Assembly: GCA_028873815.1 (NCBI GenBank)
Contig: JAPPNN010000004.1
Location: 80,829 to 144,828, forward strand
DNA: 64,000 bases
Direction: 5' to 3'
DNA from: Gemmatimonadota bacterium
Lineage (GTDB): Bacteria; Gemmatimonadota; Gemmatimonadetes; Longimicrobiales; Gaopeijiaceae
Position numbers and translations under genes: made by a program. The notes beneath the pieces were generated by a model that saw only the letters and a program-made list of their open reading frames with translations, ran no database searches and was not told the DNA's origin. Below, one piece after another: positions 28,136 through 35,988 of this stretch. Position 1 is the first letter of the stretch. The number at the start of each line of letters is the position of its first letter.

Positions 28136-31100
28136 TCACCGTTCCCCTTGCCGCGCCTGGTAGGGCTCCCAGTGAAAGCCTGGAAACTCCTTCTGCTCAG
28201 GCCAGATCTGATCCATGGAGTCGCCGTTCCAGAGGAATCCGTTCTTCATCACATACCGAATGGTATTGGTATTGCGGATGTCGTCGAGGGGGTTCGCGTC
28301 CAGCACCAGCAGGTCGGCCAGCTTCCCCGGCTCCAGCGTCCCGATGTCGCGATCGAATCCCATGGACTCGGCCGGGATGGTCGTGGCCGTGCGCAGAGCA
28401 TCCATGTTCGAGAGCCCGCCCATTGCCATTGCCCACAGCTCCCAATGGGCGCCCAGGCCCTGCCGGTTCCCATGGGCCCCGAGGGCCACGTTCCCGCCCT
28501 CGTTTAGGATTTCGGCGGCGGTCTTCGCGATGGTTATGAAGTGATAGTCTTCCATGGGCGCCATCTGGCGGCGACGCGCCCGGGACGCGACATCCGTGTA
28601 CGGTGTGAAGGTGAGCAGCTTCTCGTCCTCGTAGACGTCGCTCATCTGATAGAAGTAGGCCTCGGCCGTGGGTCCGCCGTATCCAACCATGAGCGTCGGA
28701 ACGTAGTAGGTGCCCGTATGGGTGATGAGTGACTTCATGTCCTGATACAGCGGAGCAATCGGGATGGCGTGCTCGATGGTGGTGTGGCCGTCCATCACCA
28801 GCGTCATGTCGTGGAAGGTTCTCCCGCCTCCCTCCGGCAGGACCATGAGTCCCTCTTCCCGGGAGGCCTGAACGACCCACTGGCGCTGTTCGCGACGGGG
28901 CTGGAGGTACTGCTTGATCGAGGTGGCTCCAAGCGCCTTCAACCGCCGAACCTGCATGCGCGCGTCGTCAAGGTCGGTCACGGGACGCGCCATCGCGGCC
29001 TCGATGAGCCAGATGATGTCACCAGTGCTGTAGACCCTGGGCCCCAGGTAGGCACCGGTTTCGATCATCTCCGCCTGGGCGAAGACGATCTGGGCCCGGG
29101 CCGAGGGGTTGTGGATGGTCGTCACGCCGTACGCGAGCTGGACGACGTACTGCCAGTCCTCTTCTGGAAGGACCTCGCTGTCGAAGCCACGGAGATGATG
29201 AGCGTGGACGTCAACGATCCCCGGCATGATGGTCTTGCCGGAAACGTCGATGACCCGCACGCCGGAGGGTACCTGGGTTTCTCCGGACCGGCCGACGGCT
29301 TCGATCCGATGGCCATTGACCAGGATGTCGCCCCGCTCAATGACCCCTGCGTCGCCCATGGTTATGACACGGGCGCCCTGCAGGAGCACCTGCCCGGTGG
29401 CCAGCGCCCGCGGTTCCGAGACCTCGATCCCGATTTCGTCCGGTTCCGCAGCTTCGTCACCGTTCAGCGCATCCTCCAGCGAGATCCGATAGAAGCTCGG
29501 CCCCCATCCCCAGGTGACGCTCTGTCCCCCGTCCGCCCAATTCACGAAGTAGCCGCCTTCGTCGCTGAGTTTGTAGACCGGGATCTGGCCGTCCTTGAGA
29601 CGGATCGGCACGGGATCCCCGCCGGCCTGGGGCATTGGCGTGAGATAGACCTCGAACTGCTCGGTGAAGGCGACCCATCTGCCATCGGGCGACGGAATGA
29701 CATCGTCGGCCAGCCTGAACTCCAGGTGTCTCCTGCGATCAGTGCCGTCGAGCCGGATCGAGGTGAGGTGGTTGTCCTGCGGGACAAACCCTTGCCGGTT
29801 GATCGTCTCACCGTAGTAGATGCGCTCGCCGTCGGAGTTGAAGACCGGCCGGACGGTCTGGCGTCGGGTCCCCCGGGGTTGAAGAGGCGTGACGAAGTGG
29901 GTCTCTCCCCGGCCAGCGGCATCGAGCCAATGAATCTCGACCTGGAGCGCTTCCTCCAGAGTGGCCTCGCCTCGGAACGCGCCTCCGGTGTAGCGTAGGA
30001 AGGTCAGCTTGCTGCCGTCGGGCGCCCAGGCCAGATGCTCGTAGTGGCCCGCAGTCTCGGTGAGCTGCACCGGCGATCCCCCGTCCAACGGCACCCTGTA
30101 GATGTGGCCGCCGTCCGAGTCCGACCAGGTCGAGTACGCGAGCCAGCGTCCGTCGGGCGAGACCGCCGGCGAGTATTCCTTGTTCGGGCCATCGGCGATC
30201 GGGGACGCGCCGCCGCTCGCGACATCGTAGCGATAGTTCTTGCCGGCGGCATTGAAGTAGAGGGTGCTGCCGTCCGGGCTCTGGTGCGTCCAGCGCAGGA
30301 GCTTCAGCCGGACGGGACCGTCCTCGATCTCGCGGTCGAAGTGCACCTTCTCGGTGAGAGTCTGCTCGAAGGCGGCGCGGAAGGGGATCACGGCAGAGGT
30401 GTCGGTTGCGAGATCGTAGCGCCGGATCTTGCCGTGCGCCGAATAGACGATACCCGCGCCGTCCGGAGTGAAGGAGTAGCCTGGTAGTACGTCCCCGTCT
30501 CCGAATCCCTCCTGCTGATCCCGGTCCAGCAGCAGTTCCAGCACCCTCTCGGCCCCGGTCTGCACGTCTCTCAGCACCAACCTCTGCTCGGAGTCGAAGC
30601 GACGACCGTAGGCGAGCCAGCGGCCATCGGGGCTCACCGCGGGCCGCACCGCACCCCCATATCCTGCCGCCAGCACGTAGCTCTCTCCGGTCTCCCGGTC
30701 GAAGCGCCAGATCGTCGAGTTCTGGCGCTCGGCGTTGTTGAAGTAGATCCAGCGACCATCCGGCGACGGGGCGGGGCCCGCCGGCACCTCGGCCCTGTCG
30801 ATGACCTTTACCCCCGAGCCCCCGTCGACATGGTACATGTAGAGGTCGTAGGTGAAGCCCTGGGCCAGGTCGTCGTGTCGAAGCGCCAGCACATAGTGCC
30901 CGTCCGGAGTCCACTCCGGCGAGCGGAACTGGGCGTTGGCCGCGCTCGTGAGTGCCTCGGCATTGCTTCCGTCCACATCGGAGATCCATACCTGGTCGGA
31001 GCCTGACCTGTCGGAGATATAGACGATCCTGGAGCCGTCCGGAGAGAAGCGGGGCTGCTGGTCGTAGGCCGGTCCGGTCGAAATTGCCGTGGCCTCGCCC

Positions 31101-31369
31101 CCGGTGACGGGAAGGCTATAGAGATTCCCCAGCAGATCGAAGACCAGGGTCTGACCATCCGCAGAGACATCCACGGACATCCAGGTCCCTTCCTCAAGGG
31201 TGATCTCGAACGGGAGAGGAGGGCCGTGAATCTCCTCGATGGACCACGCCTGCAAGGTCTCCTCGGCCTCCTCGTCGTCCTGCGCTGCGACCTGGGTGCT
31301 CAAGCACAGCTGGGTGATGACCGAACAAGAGATGAGAGATACCCACCGGGGACTCTGTTTCCACGACAT
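28136..31369 (-). CDS. exported PD40/TolB-like beta-propeller tandem fused to a C-terminal amidohydrolase domain
   Basis: Start at MSWKQSPRWVSLISCSV...AAQ (signal). Many SPDG/FSPDG/VSPDGRW propeller blades. C-terminal PGIVDVHAHH metal motif and amidohydrolase fold. The upstream 96 codons of the ORF are rejected. Confidence 0.8.
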   Translation of the reverse strand: MSWKQSPRWVSLISCSVITQLCLSTQVAAQDDEEAEETLQAWSIEEIHGPPLPFEITLEEGTWMSVDVSADGQTLVFDLLGNLYSLPVTGGEATAISTGPAYDQQPRFSPDGSRIVYISDRSGSDQVWISDVDGSNAEALTSAANAQFRSPEWTPDGHYVLALRHDDLAQGFTYDLYMYHVDGGSGVKVIDRAEVPAGPAPSPDGRWIYFNNAERQNSTIWRFDRETGESYVLAAGYGGAVRPAVSPDGRWLAYGRRFDSEQRLVLRDVQTGAERVLELLLDRDQQEGFGDGDVLPGYSFTPDGAGIVYSAHGKIRRYDLATDTSAVIPFRAAFEQTLTEKVHFDREIEDGPVRLKLLRWTHQSPDGSTLYFNAAGKNYRYDVASGGASPIADGPNKEYSPAVSPDGRWLAYSTWSDSDGGHIYRVPLDGGSPVQLTETAGHYEHLAWAPDGSKLTFLRYTGGAFRGEATLEEALQVEIHWLDAAGRGETHFVTPLQPRGTRRQTVRPVFNSDGERIYYGETINRQGFVPQDNHLTSIRLDGTDRRRHLEFRLADDVIPSPDGRWVAFTEQFEVYLTPMPQAGGDPVPIRLKDGQIPVYKLSDEGGYFVNWADGGQSVTWGWGPSFYRISLEDALNGDEAAEPDEIGIEVSEPRALATGQVLLQGARVITMGDAGVIERGDILVNGHRIEAVGRSGETQVPSGVRVIDVSGKTIMPGIVDVHAHHLRGFDSEVLPEEDWQYVVQLAYGVTTIHNPSARAQIVFAQAEMIETGAYLGPRVYSTGDIIWLIEAAMARPVTDLDDARMQVRRLKALGATSIKQYLQPRREQRQWVVQASREEGLMVLPEGGGRTFHDMTLVMDGHTTIEHAIPIAPLYQDMKSLITHTGTYYVPTLMVGYGGPTAEAYFYQMSDVYEDEKLLTFTPYTDVASRARRRQMAPMEDYHFITIAKTAAEILNEGGNVALGAHGNRQGLGAHWELWAMAMGGLSNMDALRTATTIPAESMGFDRDIGTLEPGKLADLLVLDANPLDDIRNTNTIRYVMKNGFLWNGDSMDQIWPEQKEFPGFHWEPYQARQGER

Positions 31370-31514
31370 CGTTGCCTCCAGACTCGAAGAGGTGGGCCGC
31401 CGGCGAGCAGGGGCGCGACCCTTCCGCGTGGAGTAACTTGGACCCGGGCTTGAGCGAACGGCAAACCCGATTCTGCCACCTCTGCAAACGGAGCGGGCGA
31501 CCATCCGGAAGACC

Positions 31515-32870
31515 ATGCGCGCGTTGATCCTGCTGCTGACCGGTGCGGCGTTGCTGGCGTCCCCGTCTCGCCTGGTCGCGCAGACACCGATCGAGGCCTT
31601 CTGGGCGCTGGTCTCCGGGACCAGCATCGAGATGGAAGCCGCGGACCAGCTGATCATGGACTACTGGGACGACGCGCACGCCTCGATCCTGGTCGAGCTG
31701 ATGCGCTACGTGCCGGACGAGGCGAGCCGGCGGCGCATCGTCTCGGTGCTGGAGCGCGGGACGGGCCAGCGGCTGGGACGCGACCTCGAGGGCTGGTGGG
31801 AGTGGATCTGGCGGACCGACCCGGACACCCATCCCGAATACGCCGCATTCAAGGCGGAGCTGTACCGGACGCTCGACCCAAGCTTCGAGGAGTACTTCGA
31901 CGACGATCCGCCCGCGAACATCCGGCTCGACGAGATCCGCTGGGGCGGTGTCGGCCGTGACGGCATTCCGCCCCTGGACCATCCGAAGATGATCCCGGCC
32001 GCGGAGGCCGACTACCTGGACGACGACAACGTCGTCTTCGGCATCGCGCTCGACGGGGACGTGCGCGCCTATCCGAAGCGGATCCTCGCCTGGCACGAGA
32101 TGTTCAAGGACTCGATCGCGGGCGAGCACTACACCGGGGTGTACTGCACACTCTGCGGGACGATGATCCTCTACAGGTCGGCTTATCACGGCGTGCACCA
32201 CGAGCTGGGCACCAGCGGTTTCCTCTACCGCTCCAACAAGCTCATGTACGATCGGGCCACGATGTCGCTGTGGTCGACCTTCGCGGGCGAGCCGGCGGTC
32301 GGCCCGCTCGTCGGGCGGGGAATCGCGCTCGAGCCGCGCTACGTCGTGACCACGACCTGGGGCGAATGGCACCGGCGACACCCCGAGACCCTCGTGTTGT
32401 CGCTCGACACGGGGCACGAGCGCGACTATGGCGAAGGCGTCGCCTACCGGGACTACTTCGCCACCGACCGGCTGATGTTCGGCGTCCCCAGGCTGGATGG
32501 CCGGCTGCCCAACAAGGCCGAAGTGCTGGCGCTCCGCTTTTCCGACGCCCCCGGCGAGCAGCTCGCGATCTGGGTGCGCTACCTGTCCAGGAACCGCGTG
32601 TACCACGACCGGCTCGGTGAAATCGAGTTCGTGGTCCTGACCGATGCGAGCGGCGCGAGCCGCGTCTACGAGAGCGCCGGCCGCCGCTTCACCGGCTGGG
32701 ACAGCGACAGTGCCGTCTGGGACGACAGCGGTGCGCGGTGGACGGTCACTGAGGCGGGACTGGTGGGCCCGGGCCCGGCGGACGAGCGCCTGAAACGGCT
32801 TCCCGCGCATCGCGCCTTCTGGTTCGGGTGGTACGCGCAGTACCCGGAGACGCGACTCGTCCGCAGGTAG
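31515..32870 (+). CDS. DUF3179 domain-containing secreted protein
   Basis: Signal peptide. RDGIPPLDHPKMI...VVFGIALDGDVRAYPKRILAWHEM...YCTLCGT...GTSGFLYRSNKLMYDR is the characteristic DUF3179 motif series. Confidence 0.8.
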   Translation: MRALILLLTGAALLASPSRLVAQTPIEAFWALVSGTSIEMEAADQLIMDYWDDAHASILVELMRYVPDEASRRRIVSVLERGTGQRLGRDLEGWWEWIWRTDPDTHPEYAAFKAELYRTLDPSFEEYFDDDPPANIRLDEIRWGGVGRDGIPPLDHPKMIPAAEADYLDDDNVVFGIALDGDVRAYPKRILAWHEMFKDSIAGEHYTGVYCTLCGTMILYRSAYHGVHHELGTSGFLYRSNKLMYDRATMSLWSTFAGEPAVGPLVGRGIALEPRYVVTTTWGEWHRRHPETLVLSLDTGHERDYGEGVAYRDYFATDRLMFGVPRLDGRLPNKAEVLALRFSDAPGEQLAIWVRYLSRNRVYHDRLGEIEFVVLTDASGASRVYESAGRRFTGWDSDSAVWDDSGARWTVTEAGLVGPGPADERLKRLPAHRAFWFGWYAQYPETRLVRR

Positions 32871-32891
32871 CGGTCCTGGTGGCTCAGGTGG

Positions 32892-34646
32892 TCAGGGCAC
32901 GACCGTAAACGACCCCATCATCCCCGCGTCGAGGTGCTCGGCGATGTGGCAGTGGATCATCCACTCGCCCGGGTTCGACGCCTCCATGAGCAGGTCCACC
33001 GTGGACCCCACGGGCACCAGCACCGTGTCCTTCCACGCGAGATTGCGGTTCTCGACACCGTCGCGAGACAACACGAGGAACCGCTGGCCGTGCAGGTGTA
33101 TCGGGTGATGCATGGGGTGGAAGGCGTCGGCATCGTTCCTGAGCCGGATCTTGACCACGTCGCCGAGCCGGAAACGCCAGTCAATCTCGGCGTTTTCGGC
33201 TCCCGCCGCCTCGTCGCGCAGGATCCACCGCACCTCGTTCGACGTGGACAGCCAGTTCATGTTGGGCATGCCGTCGGTCCACTCGACGGGGGGCCGGTAG
33301 ATCGTGTCGATGGAGATGAACTGCTGAACCAGGATGGGCAGCCCCTCGATGTCGACGGTCAGGAGGAGTGCGTGGTCGACCGGCCGGTCGAAGTGCGGGC
33401 GGTATTCCGCAAGCTCGGCTTCGAGAACCGCATCGGTTCGCATGATGGAGTGGGAGGAGAAAAGAGCGTCGGCCTCTTCTACCGCAGGTCCTTCGACAAC
33501 GACGGCGCCCAGGGTGTCGACGGCCGCGTAGAATGTTCCCCGCGTGTGGTCGACGACCTGGACCTGGTTGAGCAGCGCGTAGGTGCCCGCGGCGGGGAAC
33601 CGCACCTCGACGATGTAGCGCTCGGCCGGCGAGATGACCAGCGATTCGACCATCATCTCCCGCTGGAAGCGCGACAGGTCGGTGCCCACGAGCTTCATGT
33701 CGAGCCCGGCGAAGCTGAGGTTGTAGCTGCGCGTGTTCGAAACGTTCGTCACGAAGAAGCGGACGACCTCGCCGGGGCGGACGGTCGCGGCGTAGCGCTC
33801 CTCGCCGTTGACCAGCATGACGTTCCCGAAGCGCCCCATGATCGTGAAGTTGGAGGCGCCCTTGCCCCAGGGGAGCAGTTGGTCGCCGTCCACCAGGAGG
33901 TCGTCCACCATGATGAACTCCTCGCGGGTGGCGGGGCCGAAGTAGTCGTCGCGGGCGGGGTCGACGAACATGTTGCCGTAGAGGCCGCCGTCCTGCTGGA
34001 TGTCCTCGCGCACGTGCGGGTGGTACCAGTAGAGGCCCGCGTCGGGGAAGACGATCTCGTAGATGAACTCGCCGCCGGGCGGGACGGGTGGCTGGGTGAC
34101 GTCGGGGACGCCGTCGAAGCGGTTCTCGAGGCGGAGGCCGTGCCAGTGGATGGTGGACGGCAGGTCGATCGAGTTTGTGAAGCGGACGACGATGCGCGTG
34201 TTCTGGGCGACGCGCAGGAGCGGTCCGGGGTACTGGCCGTTGAAGCCGTACATGACGAAGGTGCGGCCGCCGATCCTGCGCTTCACGATGCGGGCCTCGA
34301 GCGCGATCGTGTCCCCGTCGGCGACGGGGAGGATCTCGCGCGGAGTTGCCCAGGCGAGCGACGCGGTGTCGACGCCCTCGCCCGGCAGGAACGGGTCGAC
34401 CGATGGGCTCACGCCCCGCAGGCCCGGGAGCATGGGGTTGCGCAGCATCATCATGATCATGTCGCCGGAGCCGCGGATCGTGTCCGTCGACATGGACATG
34501 TTGTTGTACATGTTCATGCCGCTGGCACGGGTGGTGTCCTGGGGGGCGGCGCCGGCCGGGGCGGCTGTGAGGGCGGCGAGGGCGATGGCTGCCGCGGCGA
34601 GGAACGCCCGTGGTCCGTGCCGCCGGCGCGACCCTAGCTCGACCAA
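32892..34646 (-). CDS. multicopper oxidase with Tat signal and Met-rich segment
   Basis: Copper ligand motifs HWHGLRL, WYHPH, HPIHLHG and HCHIAEHLDAGMM. Met-rich MNMYNNMSMS...DMIMMMLRNPM. Signal SRRRHGPRAFLAAAAIALA. The only start codon that retains the signal is TTG at 34646. The rest of the 1006-aa ORF is shadow. Confidence 0.85.
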   Translation of the reverse strand: MVELGSRRRHGPRAFLAAAAIALAALTAAPAGAAPQDTTRASGMNMYNNMSMSTDTIRGSGDMIMMMLRNPMLPGLRGVSPSVDPFLPGEGVDTASLAWATPREILPVADGDTIALEARIVKRRIGGRTFVMYGFNGQYPGPLLRVAQNTRIVVRFTNSIDLPSTIHWHGLRLENRFDGVPDVTQPPVPPGGEFIYEIVFPDAGLYWYHPHVREDIQQDGGLYGNMFVDPARDDYFGPATREEFIMVDDLLVDGDQLLPWGKGASNFTIMGRFGNVMLVNGEERYAATVRPGEVVRFFVTNVSNTRSYNLSFAGLDMKLVGTDLSRFQREMMVESLVISPAERYIVEVRFPAAGTYALLNQVQVVDHTRGTFYAAVDTLGAVVVEGPAVEEADALFSSHSIMRTDAVLEAELAEYRPHFDRPVDHALLLTVDIEGLPILVQQFISIDTIYRPPVEWTDGMPNMNWLSTSNEVRWILRDEAAGAENAEIDWRFRLGDVVKIRLRNDADAFHPMHHPIHLHGQRFLVLSRDGVENRNLAWKDTVLVPVGSTVDLLMEASNPGEWMIHCHIAEHLDAGMMGSFTVVP

Positions 34647-35212
34647 GGAGGCACGACCCTGTTCATGCGGGCGTACGCGATCGACTGGCCGAGGTGCTCG
34701 TTCATGTGCGTGACGAGCTGGAGCAGGACCGCCCAGCTGGCCACCTGCCGGCCGTAGAGTTCCACCGGCGCGGCCAGGTCGGCGTCGGACATGCCGTCGA
34801 CGACGGCGCGCACGTGGTCCATCGACTCGGCGAGGATCCTCGCCACCTCTTCCTTGTCGGCCCCGCCCTCTTCGAGCGACTGGTAGTCCACGCCCGTTGG
34901 CGGGTCGATTCCGAGGTTGAGGTGCGGGTACATGTAGTTGTAGCGGGCGACGTGCCTGTAGACCCGGGCCACCGTCATGACCCCCTCCATGGGCGACCAG
35001 GAGTACGACTCGGCGGGCATCGCCTCGGACAGGGCCACGAACTTGCGCGCCGAAGCCTCGAACTGGCCCATGAACTCCGCGCGGAAGTCGGGGGTGTGCT
35101 GGGCGTGGACGGGCGCGGGGGCGTGCGCGAGGACCGCGAGCGCGGCTGCGAGGAGGGCCGCGGCGCTCGTTGAGAAGGCGGCGGGTGTCGGGCGGGCGGG
35201 TCGGGTGTCCAT
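34634..35212 (-). CDS. DinB-family protein with signal peptide
   Basis: Four-helix DinB pattern (F..S..KF..L...MP...YSW.P...V.TVA.VY.H....NY ... THMNEHLGQ.IAYAR). Start at MDTRPARP. The 3' end overlaps the MCO start by 13 nt. Confidence 0.75.
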   Translation of the reverse strand: MDTRPARPTPAAFSTSAAALLAAALAVLAHAPAPVHAQHTPDFRAEFMGQFEASARKFVALSEAMPAESYSWSPMEGVMTVARVYRHVARYNYMYPHLNLGIDPPTGVDYQSLEEGGADKEEVARILAESMDHVRAVVDGMSDADLAAPVELYGRQVASWAVLLQLVTHMNEHLGQSIAYARMNRVVPPWSS

Positions 35213-35282
35213 CGGTTGCTTCACTCCTGGCAGGGAGAAACGGGTGCGCGGATTCGGTATCGCCAATTCGGAACATCATGAT

Positions 35283-35819
35283 ATGTTGAAGTCCATGTTG
35301 AGGAAAACCCATTGCTGCGGCACAGGTTCGCGGGCCCGCGCCGCTGCGTTTGCCGTGCCGCTGCTCCTGGCTGCTTCCGCGTGCACTACCTTTCAGCCGC
35401 TGTCCGGTGACCCGGCGATCGGTGAGCAGGTCCGGACCCATCTGACCCCCGAGGGGCAGATTCGGCAGGCCTCGGCGACCGGAGTGGCCCGGACGAGCCT
35501 CGACGGCAGTGTCCTCGCGGTCGAAGCGGAGGAACTCGTGCTTGTTGTGGCCATCCCGGGCATCGTCCCCGCGCTGCAGCGCAGCCCCAAGGTGGCCGAC
35601 ACGCTGCGGATCCCGCGCACCGACGTTACGGGAGTCGCGGTGCAGCGGTTTTCGGCGGTCCGGAGCGGATTGCTGGCCGGCGGCATCACCGCCGCCGGGG
35701 TGCTCGGGATCGCTCTGGCCGGACACATCGGATCTTCCGAGGGCGGTACCGAGGATCCGTCCAACCGGAACGCCTTCCGGCCCGGTATCACCATCGTGAG
35801 GCTTCCCATCGGGCGATAG
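35283..35819 (+). CDS. hypothetical lipoprotein
   Basis: ATG in an AT-rich patch. Lipobox LLAASAC and a C-terminal Gly/Ala-rich hydrophobic segment. Upstream of SusC-2 on the same strand. Confidence 0.45.
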   Translation: MLKSMLRKTHCCGTGSRARAAAFAVPLLLAASACTTFQPLSGDPAIGEQVRTHLTPEGQIRQASATGVARTSLDGSVLAVEAEELVLVVAIPGIVPALQRSPKVADTLRIPRTDVTGVAVQRFSAVRSGLLAGGITAAGVLGIALAGHIGSSEGGTEDPSNRNAFRPGITIVRLPIGR

Positions 35820-35988
35820 GCCGCGGCCCATCGGGCGACAGGGGCCGTGCGTATGGGGAGATGGGCCAGTATCCATGGGGCCATCGGGCGATGTGTACGT
35901 CCTTGCGTACACCGATTTCGCGCCGTAATTCGTAAGGTGTTCGAATGTCCCCTGTGCTGCAGGGATGCCCCTGTGTAAGGAGGTTCAC

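Noticed and set aside
28136-31657. Full 1173-aa ORF for the PD40-amidohydrolase protein.
   Set aside because: A canonical signal peptide starts at the internal ATG at 31369. The upstream 96 codons extend into the divergent promoter region shared with the DUF3179 gene.
34647-35912. Upstream 420 codons of the 1006-aa ORF that contains the multicopper oxidase.
   Set aside because: This region is Arg/Gly/Pro-rich. It is antisense or out of frame to the DinB gene and to the 35283-35819 lipoprotein gene. The MCO signal peptide begins at 34646.
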